Shown one piece after another: positions 37,056 through 49,360 of a stretch of DNA of 64,000 bases; position 1 is the first letter of the stretch, and the number at the start of each line of letters is the position of its first letter. A program made the translations under genes and the position numbers. The DNA is from Felis catus (taxonomy: Eukaryota). The notes below the pieces were generated by a model, which was given only the letters and a program-made list of their open reading frames with translations, did not search any database and was not told the origin of the DNA. Location of the stretch: the NCBI RefSeq assembly GCF_018350175.1, contig NC_058373.1:117554001-117618000 (forward strand), read 5' to 3'.

Positions 37056-37502
37056 ATGAACACAACATTCTGCTTCCAGGCAAGTGATGAGGGTTTATCC
37101 CGATGCATTTCTGACCAAAGGTATGTCACTTGGATCTAAATAAGACTAAAAATGGTGGAGTTGAGAGTTGGGCTCTAACTGACCGCCATGGTCCAGAGAA
37201 GCCAAATAAATGGGGTTGTTTCATTTCCTGCAGGCAGGAGCCACTTGGTGGATATCCTGGTGAGCCTCACCTAAATGTTGCCCCTTTCAAATGCCTTCTC
37301 TCAAGAGACATTCTACTGTTGGCTGATGTTGAGTAAAAGTCTGCAACTGGACTTTGTATAGGTTTTATAGAATCTATCGCTTAAATTTGAGACATTGCCC
37401 TTCGTCATGTGTCAGCAAAACAGATTTGAGTTGTTAGAGGGAACAGGACACAGGTTCTTGCCTGGCATTGATCATTTTTTAAACCTTTGTTCTCCCCAAA
37501 AG

Positions 37503-37628
37503 CAAAGAGCCCAGCCAGCAGCGAGTCAAGAGATGGGGCTTCTCTTTCGACGAGGTATTGAAGGACCAGGTGGGGCGGGACCAGTTCCTAAGATTCCTGG
37601 AGTCCGAATTCAGCTCCGAAAACCTCAG
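37503..37628 (+). CDS. RGS6: RGS6 coding exon (~exon 14), (S)[41 protein letters not shown](R), start of RGS domain
   Basis: Acceptor tctccccaaaag|C and donor CAG|gtaatt; 126 nt, phase 2 to 2; [10 protein letters not shown] motif. Confidence 0.97.
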
Positions 37629-40600
37629 GTAATTCTCTCGATGTTGGGCGCGGTGTGTACAAAGAAATTTGCAGCATCAGTCTCTCTTTCTGCCTCCCTT
37701 TCTCAATGAAATGTGATGGTTCAAACTCAAAGTCCAGCTAATCTAAGGTTGAAATGGAGAAGGACAAGCTTGATGCATCACTTTGGTATCACCATGCTAG
37801 CACTTTCCCAAACCAACATTTTTGTTCTTTAAATGCAAACATTTGTTCAAGTTATCGGAAACATGCCCGCAATAATAAGTAAATGATCAAATGGGTTTTA
37901 TGACACCGTGCGTTAACTAAAACCAGAAAACCGTGGAGCTTCAGAGTGGAAAGGCACCTCAGAGAACCTCTCCTTCAAAACTTCTCAGTTTGGGGTCCTG
38001 AATACTCGACAAGCTAACCGGAAAACAAGAGACATCCCTGAGCTCACTTCAGAATTTCAAAAAGCCAAAGTAAATACCACTCAATACCTGGCGACATATC
38101 TGTAAAAACTAATTAAAATATGCTTTTCCTTTTGGGGGGGAATTCTATCAACTCTATGTCATGTTTGCTCTGGTCACCTGCCACCAGCGAGAACATCTGA
38201 TCATTTCCGTGGGTCTCCAGCTAATCAAGATGAGGGGAAATGTATTGATGTATTAATCATAGCTGTTCAGTGGAAGAAAAAAACCAAAACTTTCAAAACA
38301 TGAGATCCATTGAGAGAGGGGGAGGGGGAAAGGGAGAGCATTCAAAGGGAAAGGGTTTGTTGTCATGAAAAGTCTGGGAACTTGTGGTTTATTCAGGCTT
38401 CTGCTGTATCAGATGTAGACACAGAAGCCTACGGAAAAGGTGACTGGTGTAAGACCCCTGAGTGACATTAGCAAACTGGTGGCTTCTCGGATGGACATCT
38501 CCGGGTTTTTCTCTTGACACCAACTTCTTTTTTATATGCTAGGTTAATTCCCATCTTCCAAGCGTTGCTATTTTCTAGCAAGGGTGGTTTTATTAATTTT
38601 TTTCTGATTTTTTAACTTTAAAAAGTCCTTGAGCTACTGTGGGCAAAGGACTGCTTGCTCCAGGGTTAATGTGCAAAGTCCATGTTATTTATTTGGTAGT
38701 AGAGACCATATCAGCCCCATAAATCAACGACGCGGTCTTTATCCCACACCTATGCCGTATCAAGCCCTGCAAGAGGCTGCCGGGGGATGCAGAAAAGTCA
38801 AGATGCATGATCCTCACCCGCAGGGATCTTGTAGGCCCTTGACGAAAAAGCACAAGAGACTATTAAATCATTAAATGACTGTAAATGAGAATAAACACTA
38901 AGAACCGTTTTGGAAGTGTTTTTTTCAAAAAAGGGAGGAATGAATGTAAGCCAGAGTAGGCCAATCATAAGCTGGTCTTTGAAAAACACACAGGATACCG
39001 ATAGACAAAAAAGAAGGAAGGAGAGTATTCTACGCAGGAAGACCCAACGAGCAAAGGTGTGGCTGTGGGAGTCTCCCATGTCACACAGATGCCAGTTAAC
39101 TGTATGTATCTATGCCTTTCTAGGCGGCCAGGTGCCTGTTGTAAAAACAGACGAAGGCTGCATATCTGATTCTAGATCAGGACACAGGATTTCTTTCCTT
39201 ATGCTGAGGCATTATTCTAAACACACCTCAGAGCTTTGCTTCAATTCCTAGTCAAGCATTTGGAACAGAAAGCTTGACTTCTAAAACTCCTCATTACGGT
39301 GGGTTCAGACCAGCCTCTCAGGCCATAAATGGAGGTGGGTCCTGATTAGGAAGCCACGCCCTCTATGGCCAGCATGATGCCCTCAGACAGCCTCTCTGTG
39401 CCCTAGGTCAGCCCCAGGACCCACCCGGAGCTTGGTCCCCATGAACCACCCCTGGGAGACCATTTCTCTTTGTCATCTCTGTCCCACGCAGGTCCCCAAC
39501 ATAAAATGGTATAGAGGTCTCCTTTACCTATTTCTTAGCCCATGAGTGGCCTTATGACCCCCTGCCACCTGCACCATTACGGAGACTTGGAAGAACGACC
39601 ACAGGGTCCTGGCCATTCTGAGCGGGAGCATCTACTGGCTCAGCACCTCCTGCCCAGTCTGAGTGTAGCCAGGGCCACATATCGGTTCAGACTAGTATAA
39701 CGAAAACGCATTACATTTAGGGCCAGGAGTACATAGAGGAGCGTGTCCCCAGCAGGTGCTCAGCACCTCATCTTGCCGTTACCTCTCACGCCTCCGCCAG
39801 CTCCTTCCCACCCCGGGCCAGGAGGCTGCATTCAACCCTAGGTGAAAGACTGGGGGGGGGGGGGGCCTTGTGAGTGTGCCGGTGACTAATCTACACCCCC
39901 AGCATGAATGCATAAATCCACACTTAAAGAGGGTCCCCTCTGATCCATGACAGGAGAGAGGATAAAGAAAATAGAACAGCCGGAGATAAAAAGTACAGCC
40001 CAAGAGCTTATAAAATCCTCTCTGGAGGCCCAAGTTCCACTTTTATGATATTCAGCATAATTGGATGTATGGGGGAAAGTTCAGTTTGAAATCACACAAC
40101 TACTTAGGACTCTTCGGTCATCCATAACCAGGTGGTTTCTCCCCTCCCCTTTGGGCCACAGATTTTGGCTTAGCACCCACCATGACCTAGGGCCCAAGGA
40201 CTCACAGCTGTCCAGCACAGCCATGGCACCCTGCAGATGCACCCCCAGCCATGTGAACGGGGCCCCCTAGAGCTGCATAAGGGGCATAACTCAGAGATCC
40301 TGCCAGCCCGTTGTGTTGGCCACCTTGGGGGGGGTCATCTCTTCGCCCCAGGATCGATCAAACAGCCCGGGCAACAGGCGTTAGAGGATGCGAGGCAGAG
40401 AGACCAACCAGAACTCGACTGGATACATTGCAAAGGGCATCTGCATTTTGTCTTCGTGTGCTCCCCTGCATCTCTCTAGCTAGAGGGGTGCTTAGATCAT
40501 CACATTTTTGCCCGGCACCTGAAGTGCCAGTTAAGTAGGCAAGTGGTTGAATCGGTACCAGAACTTCAGGGTGCAGAACAGAGGAACCCCAAAGAGACGT

Positions 40601-41553
40601 AGAAATCACTCTCACAATGTCACCCCGGATCCTTTAAGGAAAAACGATGTCTGTGATAATGTGATGTAAGTTCAAGTCCCTTTATATCTTTTTTTTTTTT
40701 TTTTTTTTTGGTGAGATGAGGGAGGGGCGTCATCATCAGGGCCTGGAGGGGGCACGGCCAGTGCATTTTGCTGCAGCCAGCGCGGAGTGAGAATGTGTGC
40801 TCTCTGGGGCACCCTGCGCTGAGCCCGGGGCTCCATTCAGACAGGGTGGGCCCCTGGAGACAGCTGCTTGTTCGGGGCCTGTGGAATGCACGCGGGCTCC
40901 CATCCACGAGGCCAGGGCCTCAGGGCTCTGAAGCAATCACTTGGAGTGCATTATCTGACTTCGTCGTCCTTCTCCCTTCTCTGTGCATTTTCCCAGAAGG
41001 GTGACAGGAGCCCCTTGTCCACTTTTGCCCCCTCCCCATCCCCTCTTCGCAAACCTGTGTCCTCCCTGGCTCGACACCCTCTGCCGACGGCAGGGCAAGA
41101 GTTAAAACTCAAAACCCACAGCAAAGAGCGTTCCCCGTACATTTTTTATGAGCTGTAACATCTCCTGAGAGAACGTGGTTGTTCTTCTAACCTGCAGATT
41201 GATTATCCCTGTTCCACACAGTGTCAGCTGAAGGGAGAAGCAATTAAAGAGAGCACAGGGGAGTCTCCAGGTTTGCCTGGAGAGCTCCCATCGCCAGTCA
41301 TGGCCCCGGGTCCTGGGAGGCCCCGGGAAGGTTCACGAGACCCAGAGGGACTCACCACTAACCAAACACATGATTAATCGGAACAGGGGTGACTCACATA
41401 TCGCCATGATAATCTGGGGCACCTCAGCCACTGCCCAGTGAACATAACTCAGCTGCGGTGGTGCTGCTGGAGGTGGCCGTTTGTAGGCCCCGAAGGATTT
41501 CTGCCCAACTGGGGAACCAAGTCAAGTTGCATCCATTGTTCCTGAGTCTCTGT

Positions 41554-41572
41554 TGACCAGCAGAGGGCACAG
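41554..41572 (+). promoter_or_regulatory. CTCF core motif match (TGACCAGCAGAGGGCACAG)
   Basis: Perfect match to CCASYAGRKGGCRS; binding not shown. Confidence 0.5.
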
Positions 41573-41699
41573 AAAGCCTTCCTTCGGCATAGAGTTTGCT
41601 TTCCTCCGGGAACGAACTAAAAGCTAGATTTTTCTAAGCCGTGAGAATCCTACTTTATGAAAAAAAAAAAAAATAGGTAAACTGAGACCTGAGGGGCTG

Positions 41700-42420
41700 C
41701 CCGGACGCCCTGGCAAGATGGAGAATGCGGACAGCCGCGTGGTTTTCCTGCTTCCAGCCGGCCTCGAGGAGAAAAACCCCACTCCTCGCCAGCACCATGG
41801 TCCTGGCGACAGAGGAGGCCACCTGGGGCAGCCCGGGACTGCCCCCCAAGTCCCACCCATGGCTGCCAGGCCCTGTGGCGGCCGAGCCCAGGCTGCCTCC
41901 CCACAAAGGCTGGTGTCTGCCCGCATTCCTGAGCCATCGACACGGATCACATGCCGACACACGGGCTGCCTCCCCACGCTCTGACGACTCCAGCGGAGCA
42001 GGACAGATGGTCTCCCTAATACCAGCAAGTCCTTGCGGCCTGCCTGTCAGGACAGCCCTTCTGCTGCAAGCCGTAGAGGCTTAATGCAAGATGTTGGCAT
42101 CTTCCTCCCGGCTGGTGTCCTCCAGGAGGGGCGCTACCTGCGGGCTTTTGATGAGGCGGAAGCTGCACGGGCCTCCGTGGGCCTGGCATCCGCAGTAGGC
42201 ATGTGGCGGGGAGCTCCGTGGCCCCGGCGAGGGGCGTGTGGCCGGGCAGCCGGGGCCCCGGGGCCTGTGGGCTCGCAGATGGCAAACGCAAACCCGAGCC
42301 TGCTCTGAATTTCAAATCGACACAGAGGTTCCTCGGAGCCGGGGATGGTAAACACGTATGGATGTCGGGATGCTGTTGTGACAGCACTTTGGCCGTCACC
42401 TGAGAAGGGTAAGGCGGGTC
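41700..42420. promoter_or_regulatory. Intronic CpG-island-like segment
   Basis: Hand count of about 47 CpG in 720 bp; visibly GC-rich; no repeat recognised. Confidence 0.5.
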
Positions 42421-44845
42421 ACCTCCAAAGCAGACAGAAGGCTGAGAGGGTCCCTGTGGGTGCAGCAGGGAACACTGCTGGCTAAGGGAATGTCATCTCC
42501 TCCTCCTCACCTTCTAGCCTGTTGTCTCTTCGCCTCCTACTTTAAAAAAAAAAAAAAAAAAATCTCGGTTTATGACAAAGGGAACCTTTTAACTGTTTGT
42601 GTAAAAGTTGGTTACATTTGACTCTGGAATCTCCATTTACGTCCACTTTAGACCTTCTCTAGACCCAGCTGAGGGATGTGCAATAATGTGGCTCCCAAAT
42701 CATCCTGCCAGAGGGACCCTGAGGCCTCAGGAACCACACGAGCCTGCAGAGCTCAGAAGCTGCTGGGTCCTCAGGGCCTTCCCGGAGCTTCAGAGCTCCT
42801 CCTCAGAGCAGATTGGAACAAGGGACAGAAGGTGACAGAAGGTGACGCCCCACGTGACATTGATTGAGGGAGCAGCAAATTGCCTGGGTACCATCCATGT
42901 GTGTGAGAGACTGCAGAGTCTGGGAGGGCTGGGAATGATGCTGGCCCAGAGAAGCTGTCTCCAGCAGCAGGGGTTGGGGGTGGGGGTGGGGGTGGGGATC
43001 AGCCCAGAGGCGACTCCCTGAGGGAGCCAGGTCTCAGCCCCAGCAAATGGCTGCAAAAGATTCACCCGCTAGCACTCCTTCGAGTCCTTTGAAAAACCCA
43101 CACCAGCTTCCTTCTTCAGAGCTGGGTTTCCTCAATCTCACCCGCCCATCAAACACTGCCCTGCAGACGAAGAAAACCTATGAGCACTGTCATCACCAGA
43201 TGACCATTTTCATCTGTAAGTGTTCCGGCCACCTCTTTTCATTCCATGGCAGTCCTGGAGGGTGGGCTGGAGACACCTAAGGAACCTGAGCCGCAGGGCT
43301 GGGACGTAGAAGAGCCCCGCTCCCCAGTGGGGTCTCCGGGGCCCCCTGAGCAACCAAGCAGGTTTGCGGTCCCATTAAAACTCCCCCTCCGCCCCTTCGC
43401 ACTCAGCTCAGAGAACGCTCACTGTTCCCTCCCCAGTAGCCAGAGGACGTGAGCTGCAGAACTGTGGCAGAAAGAAAGGTGGCCGGTGCGGAGGGCCAGG
43501 CGATGACGGATGGCAGCAGCAAGAGCCCCTGGCAACTTCTGCCCGGCCCCCCGAGGAGAAAGCCCAGCACTGAACCTGTGGCCACCGCCCTGACCCCTCC
43601 GCGGCTCCCACCCCCCCGGGACCTGAAAGCATTTCAGTTGCACCTGGTTGGGAAGTTCTTCAGACCCACATCACATATCTCGCCGCCCACTCCATACCCA
43701 TTGTACAGATGAGGAAAGAGATGCCTGGAAAGGCACAATTCCAAGACAGCGGCATAGTCAAGATGAGGACAGAACTGTGTCTTCTGATCTTCTAGTCGAC
43801 TGAGGTCACTAAGCCTCCTTCCCTGCCTCTCGCTCTTCAGGACCAACGAGGAAACCATGAGGGTCTTCTTTGAAGAGATTATTAGAATCCCAAATGGCAA
43901 AGCAGGGGAAGAGTTGGACTCCACCCTGCCCCTCGCACACACCTGTCCTTGGGGAAATGGGGCTGTATTACCACAGTTGGCCACTAAGTGGTGCCTTTGG
44001 GCCATGCACTTGGCTCCAAAGACAATTCTATGAAGAGAACTAGAAAAACACGCTTAACCTTTAAAAAAAAACAAAACGAAACAAAACAAAAAGGAAAAAA
44101 CAAGTACGTCTTACTTTGGGTGCAATTCCATGACAGATTGAATACACTTTCCACCATGCTGTGGTTCAGCTTCTCCTGTCCCTGCCCTTTCACTGACTTG
44201 AGTACATGTGATTCCTGTGGCTGTGGGAACCACATAGCCCGGGGCCTGTCCTCAAGTCTCACTGATGGGGAAACTGGCCCATCCTGTTCACAAGGCACAA
44301 AGTGTGCTACCCAGATCTGGGTACTGCTGCAAGCCCTCCCCAGGGCTGCCTTGGGAACCATCCTCACAACCGGGAGCTGTTGTCCGAGCTTGGTCCTGTT
44401 TGCTGCGGCTCTCAGCAGAAAAGAGCTCACACCCAGCATTTCCAATAGCCGCTGCCATGCTGATGCTGAGAAATTCATGAAAGGCACGTATGGAAGCGAG
44501 CGAGAGGTTTTTCTTTCCAGTGCTCCCTGGAGACTCTTTTGCCATAGAGGTTCCCCGCGTGTGCCTCTTCAGCTATGTTTCTGATGAGCCCACCTTCAAT
44601 CCAACAGCCATTTACTGAGCACCTACTATATGCTAAGCACCATGCTGGACACTGACCTCGCAAACTGGCTCTTTTTCCATCTTTAACATGAATAGCGGGA
44701 GCCTTCCAGCTCAGGTCTTCTTTATGATCCTAAGATTCTATCTGCCTCTTGGGATTTCCTTTCTTTTGATGCTGCTAACTGATCCCAAGCAGATATCATA
44801 AGGGAAGTCACCTTGTCTGTGTCAGGGCACCTATGTAGAGTGCTG

Positions 44846-45056
44846 GCTCTCAACCAGGGGTGATTTAACCTCCCAGGGGATGTTTGGTAATATGTGGAAA
44901 CATTTTTGGCTGTCACAACGTGGGGAGGGGTTACCACTGGCATCTGGGGGGTAGAAGCCAAGGTTGCTGTTCAGCATCCTACAATGCACAGGGCAGCCCC
45001 ACAACAAAGAATTATTGGGCCCAAAATGGAAATAGTGCTGAGGCCGAGAAACCTTG
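44846..45056. mobile_element. MER20 hAT element, near full length
   Basis: ctctcaaccaggggtgattt..ggctgtcacaac..actggcatct..catcctacaatgcacagggcagcccc..tgaggccgagaaacc. Confidence 0.85.
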
Positions 45057-45105
45057 ATGTAAAGGGAAAGAAACCTCTTTTTGGTAACCAGAAGCACAAT
45101 GATTT

Positions 45106-45107
<2 letters not shown>

Positions 45108-45150
<43 letters not shown>

Positions 45151-45357
45151 TTTTTAACGTTTATTTATTTTTGGGACAGAGAGAGACAGAGCATGAACGG
45201 GGGAGGGGCAGAGAGAGAGGGAGACACAGAATCGGAAACAGGCTCCAGGCTCTGACCCCTCAGCCCAGAGCCTGACGTGGGGCTCGAACTCACGGACTGC
45301 AAGATCGTGACCTGGCTGAAGTCGGACGCTTAACCGACTGCGCCACCCAGGCGCCCC
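45108..45357 (-). mobile_element. Young SINEC_Fc-like CAN-SINE with T38 tail
   Basis: Perfect 16-bp TSD agcacaatgattttct at 45093-45108 and 45358-45373. Confidence 0.96.
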
Positions 45358-45584
45358 AGCACAATGATTTTCTAATGTGCACTTCTTTTCTGTTCTCCGC
45401 AATAACGGAGCACCCTTTGAATTTTCAGCAGTCCCCATTGTCTTTGTTACCTAGGTAGTGGCAGCAGGGAAGGCTGGGCGATACAGCAGAATGAGTTTCG
45501 TGGGATGTCAGTTCTGGGACCACATCCAGCAAAGTCCAGATGCTGAGCCCCCCGGAACTGACCTTCTTTATGCTTCCACATCAG

Positions 45585-45771
45585 GTTCTGGTTGGCTGTC
45601 CAAGATCTCAAGAAACAGCCCCTGCAGGATGTGGCCAAGAGGGTGGAAGAAATCTGGCAAGAGTTTCTGGCTCCAGGGGCACCAAGTGCGATCAACCTGG
45701 ACTCTCACAGCTATGAGATAACCAGTCAGAATGTCAAAGACGGAGGGAGATACACATTCGAAGATGCCCAG
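45585..45771 (+). CDS. RGS6: RGS6 coding exon (~exon 15), (R)[62 protein letters not shown]
   Basis: Acceptor cttccacatcag|G and donor CAG|gtttgt; 187 nt, phase 2 to 0; overlaps ORF 45592..45843. Confidence 0.98.
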
Positions 45772-47057
45772 GTTTGTGTATCTGCGTGCATGCTTTCCAC
45801 TCAAAAGATGTTCATTTGTCCACCCCGCCACCCCACCCTTTAATATAGGTCCAAGGCATTGTGGGTAGCTAGAATTTCAGGTTTTATGGTGTGTAAGGCC
45901 ATCAGGGGAAACCATTCCAGGTAGGTGTGTAGTGAAATTCTTCCTCGGATTGTCTTCCTAGATTAGTTACGTTACATAGAGACAGACATTTAGTTACAGG
46001 TGTTACCTTATCCGGGAGAATCTCAAAGTGTTTTTACGAAATCGTAAGTCCTATAGTAAGTCCGTGGGGGGATCTGGAAACCATAACACAGCATCAGCAC
46101 AGTGGGTGTAGTCAGCTGCCAGGGCTGTGAGTCAAGCCCACATCTAACTGTGAAGCCCCCACTCATACTACCACCCTACACTGCTTCCATAGTGATTTCC
46201 AACTCTGCAGTTACTATTTAGGGAGCACCTCTGCATCCCAGGCCCTGTGCTATGTGATAAGATAGCATAAAGAAGGGCAAAAGCTCCTGTCCTCAAGGAA
46301 ATTACGGGCTAGTCGGGGAGCAAGACAAGAAAACGGGGAATGTTACCAATGTGGGAAGTGCCCCAAAGGGGTGAGCTCCCGGGTCTAAGGAAGCCCATGG
46401 GAAGGACTCCTGTCCCTAGATGCCACAATTGGGCACAGGTTTTGGGGAGGCTGGCGAAAGAAACAGAAGCCACAGAAGCCACTCTAAATAGCAAGCTTTA
46501 CCTTGAAGGCTGGAAGGTACTGTTTCTAAAGATAAGCATATGGTCAGTTTTCTACTTCCTGGCCCCTCACTGTGATTCCCTCTCATCCATCCTACACCTG
46601 GTGATGGGGCTTAAGGTTTCACTCTTGTCTCCTCAGCCCTCTTCACTTCTCTCACCTGTGGGGTCCCCACATAGAGAATTTGCATAGTTTGCTTTCCTAC
46701 AGACATTATTGTCTAATTTAGGGAACTCAGAGGTCCTGATGCAAATAATAGCATGGGAACACAACCAGTGTCCCTTGTCGTCCAGATTTGCCTGGTCATT
46801 TGCTCAGGACTTCAGAATGGAAACACCTTCCCAAGCTCAACACTGTAACTGTCTTTCTCTTCCCCTGGCCATGAGCTCCATTAAATGCTGGTCCCAGGCA
46901 GATTTGGTTCAATGTTATTGCTTTATGAAAGTTCAAGTCCCTCACCTTCTTTGCAGCTTCAAAGCAAAATATTTAAGTCATGATAAATCTTTGTTTTTTT
47001 TGGTATGTGTCTGTGTATATGCTCTCAAGCACATATTGATGTATCCTGGTAAGGATA

Positions 47058-47396
47058 GTGATGGAGAAGCCCCTTGGGTGATAGGGAAGTTCCTTGGGTG
47101 ATAGAGAAGCTCCTTAGGTGATAGAAAAACTCCATAGGTGATGGAGAAGTTCCTTGGGTGATGGAGAAGCTCCTTGGGTGATGGAGAAGCTCCTTGGATG
47201 ATAGAGAAGAGCTCCTTGGATGATAGAGAAGCTCCTTGAGTGATGGAGAAATTCCATGGGTGATGGAGAAGTTCCATGGGTGATGGAGAAACTCCCTGGG
47301 TGATGGAGAAGCTCCTCAGGTTATAGGAAAGCTCTTTGGGTGATGGAGAAGTTCCTTAAGTGATGGAGAAGTTCCTTAGGTGATAGAGAATCTCTT
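47058..47396 (+). repeat. Minisatellite, ~17 x 20 bp (GTGATGGAGAAGCTCCTTGG)
   Basis: 20-bp periodicity with one 22-bp unit at 47198. Confidence 0.95.
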
Positions 47397-47519
47397 CACA
47401 TGAATGATCTGAAACACACAGCTCAACTCTCCATTATTCATGAAATATAAGACTAGGGATACTTGTCAGAACCATGATGCACCCCATCTACTATTATCAT
47501 TCTGAGCATGACATCAGGA

Positions 47520-49360
47520 AGGATTTATTTTAATCTTTTATTATGGAAGCATGTAAACATGTGGAAAAGTGGAAAGAGCAGGACAACAAACCATTATGGA
47601 TTCTCATCCAGCCTGAGCAATCATCAATACAGGACTGATCTTATTTTGTATCCACACCTACTTTTTCAGCTACCATTGGGTTATTTTTATCTTTTTTTTA
47701 TTTTTAATTTTTTTAATGTTTATTTATTTTTGAAAGAGAGAGAGAGAGAGAGAGAGAGCCAGGGAGGGGCAGAGAGAGAGAGGGAGACAAGGATCCGAAG
47801 CAGGCTCCAGGCTCTGAGCTCTCAGCACAGAGCCCGACATGGGGCTCAAACCCATGAACTGTGAGATCATGACCTGAGCTGAAGTCGGACGCTTAACTGA
47901 CTGAGCCACCCAGGCACCCCACCATTGGGTTATTTTGAAAGTAAATCTGAGACATTACATCTGAGACCTTAAAAATTAGCAACACTCTCTTTATATCATT
48001 AAATGTCAAGCAAGTGTTCAAATTTGTAGCAGTTGCATAAATGCCATTTTTTAACCTTATTTTAAAATCCAAATCCAAATCAGGCCCACACACTGCAATA
48101 GATTGGCATGTCTTTCAAGTGCCTTTTAATTTACAGCTTTCCTTTATATCCCTATTTCTCCCTCACTTCCCTCTTACATTTTATTTCATGAAGAAATTGT
48201 ATTCTTTGTCCTGTAGAGATTCCCACAGTCTGGATTTTTTTTTTCAGCCCGGTGGTGCTATTTAACATGTTCTTCTACTCTATTTCCCATAAATTAGTAG
48301 TTTGATTTAGATATTTAGTTGGGTTTATATTTGATTCTTGTAGGCAAACCTACTTCATAAAGTATGTTGTCCTCTCTTGTCAGAAGACACATAGGTTCTA
48401 GTTTTCTCTCTTTTTGTGATTTTAGCAGCTGTTGATATTTTTTGCTTAGACCCATGAGTTAATTAGGGGTTACAAAATGGTGATTTTCTAATCCTATCAT
48501 TTTCTGGATTTATCAGCTGAAATACAAATAATCAAATACATCTACTATTAGATTATCTAATAATACAATTTATATAGGAAAGATAGGATAAGTGATTCTT
48601 TCTCTTTTTTCTTTAGTTTTCAAAATAATGTGTGGTTTCTATCATCTTCTAATGGTGACCAGTTAGGGTTTTTGTTTTGGTTTCAGTATCTTTGTAAACT
48701 CATAGGTTTAAACATATTTGATGTGTTTTAGTCCATTTTGCTTATTATTTTTATTAACGCTTGCATTGGGCCACCTCTAGCCAGTGGCTCCTTTTAACAC
48801 AGTCCTAGTAGTCTTTGATGTCATCCAAACAGCAAGGAGGCTAAGATGTTCCAGGCCTTTCCCCAGGCCTGGAATCCGCCATTTCTCCAAGGACCCCTAG
48901 TTTCTCTTATTGGGAAATGGTTTTTAGAGACCATAATCTGGGCAATTGGAGGTGCTCGTTGTTCCTGTGTTGGTCATCATTTCTAGGCCTTTTCAGTGGA
49001 CAGAGCTAGGAAATTAGTGGTTGTTGTTTGTGATAAAGACACATCATAAGTTCATACTGATTCTTTCTATCCAAATTGAAAATTACAGGGGATTTTATTT
49101 AACCTCTTCTTTTTATGTTTGTGCCTCCTTTCTCTATGCTGAGAATCCTGGCTCTCAGGGATGGTAGCATTCGTCCTTCACATCATTACTCATTCACTGT
49201 ATCCTCCATTACCACAGAGCAGTCTCAGAGCCCCGTGCCAAAACTACCAGCAATAACATGATCGCTGGTTCTTTAATTGCTGCGTAGTATTCCCTTGGGT
49301 GGAAGCACCATAGTCTAGCCAACCAGTCCTCTCTTTTTGACATTTATGTGGTTTCTAACT
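47520..49360 (-). mobile_element. Old L1 (L1MC/L1ME-type) 3' region, interrupted by a SINE
   Basis: ttttgaaagtaaatctgagacat..ctggaatccgccatttctccaaggaccc..tttagagaccataatctggg..ctaggccttttcagtggacagagctagg. Confidence 0.7.
47684..47920 (-). mobile_element. CAN-SINE
   Basis: TSD accattgggttatttt. Confidence 0.93.

Noticed and set aside
41786..41808. Full REST/RE1 site
   Set aside because: Only the left half (CAGCACC..GG) matches; the right half GGTCCTGGCG deviates from GGACAGCGCC.
43988..44584. Long intronic ORFs (198 aa here; also 55285-55920 and 61290-61946)
   Set aside because: They have GTG starts or low-complexity composition and no recognisable domain; such lengths are expected by chance in GC-rich intron.
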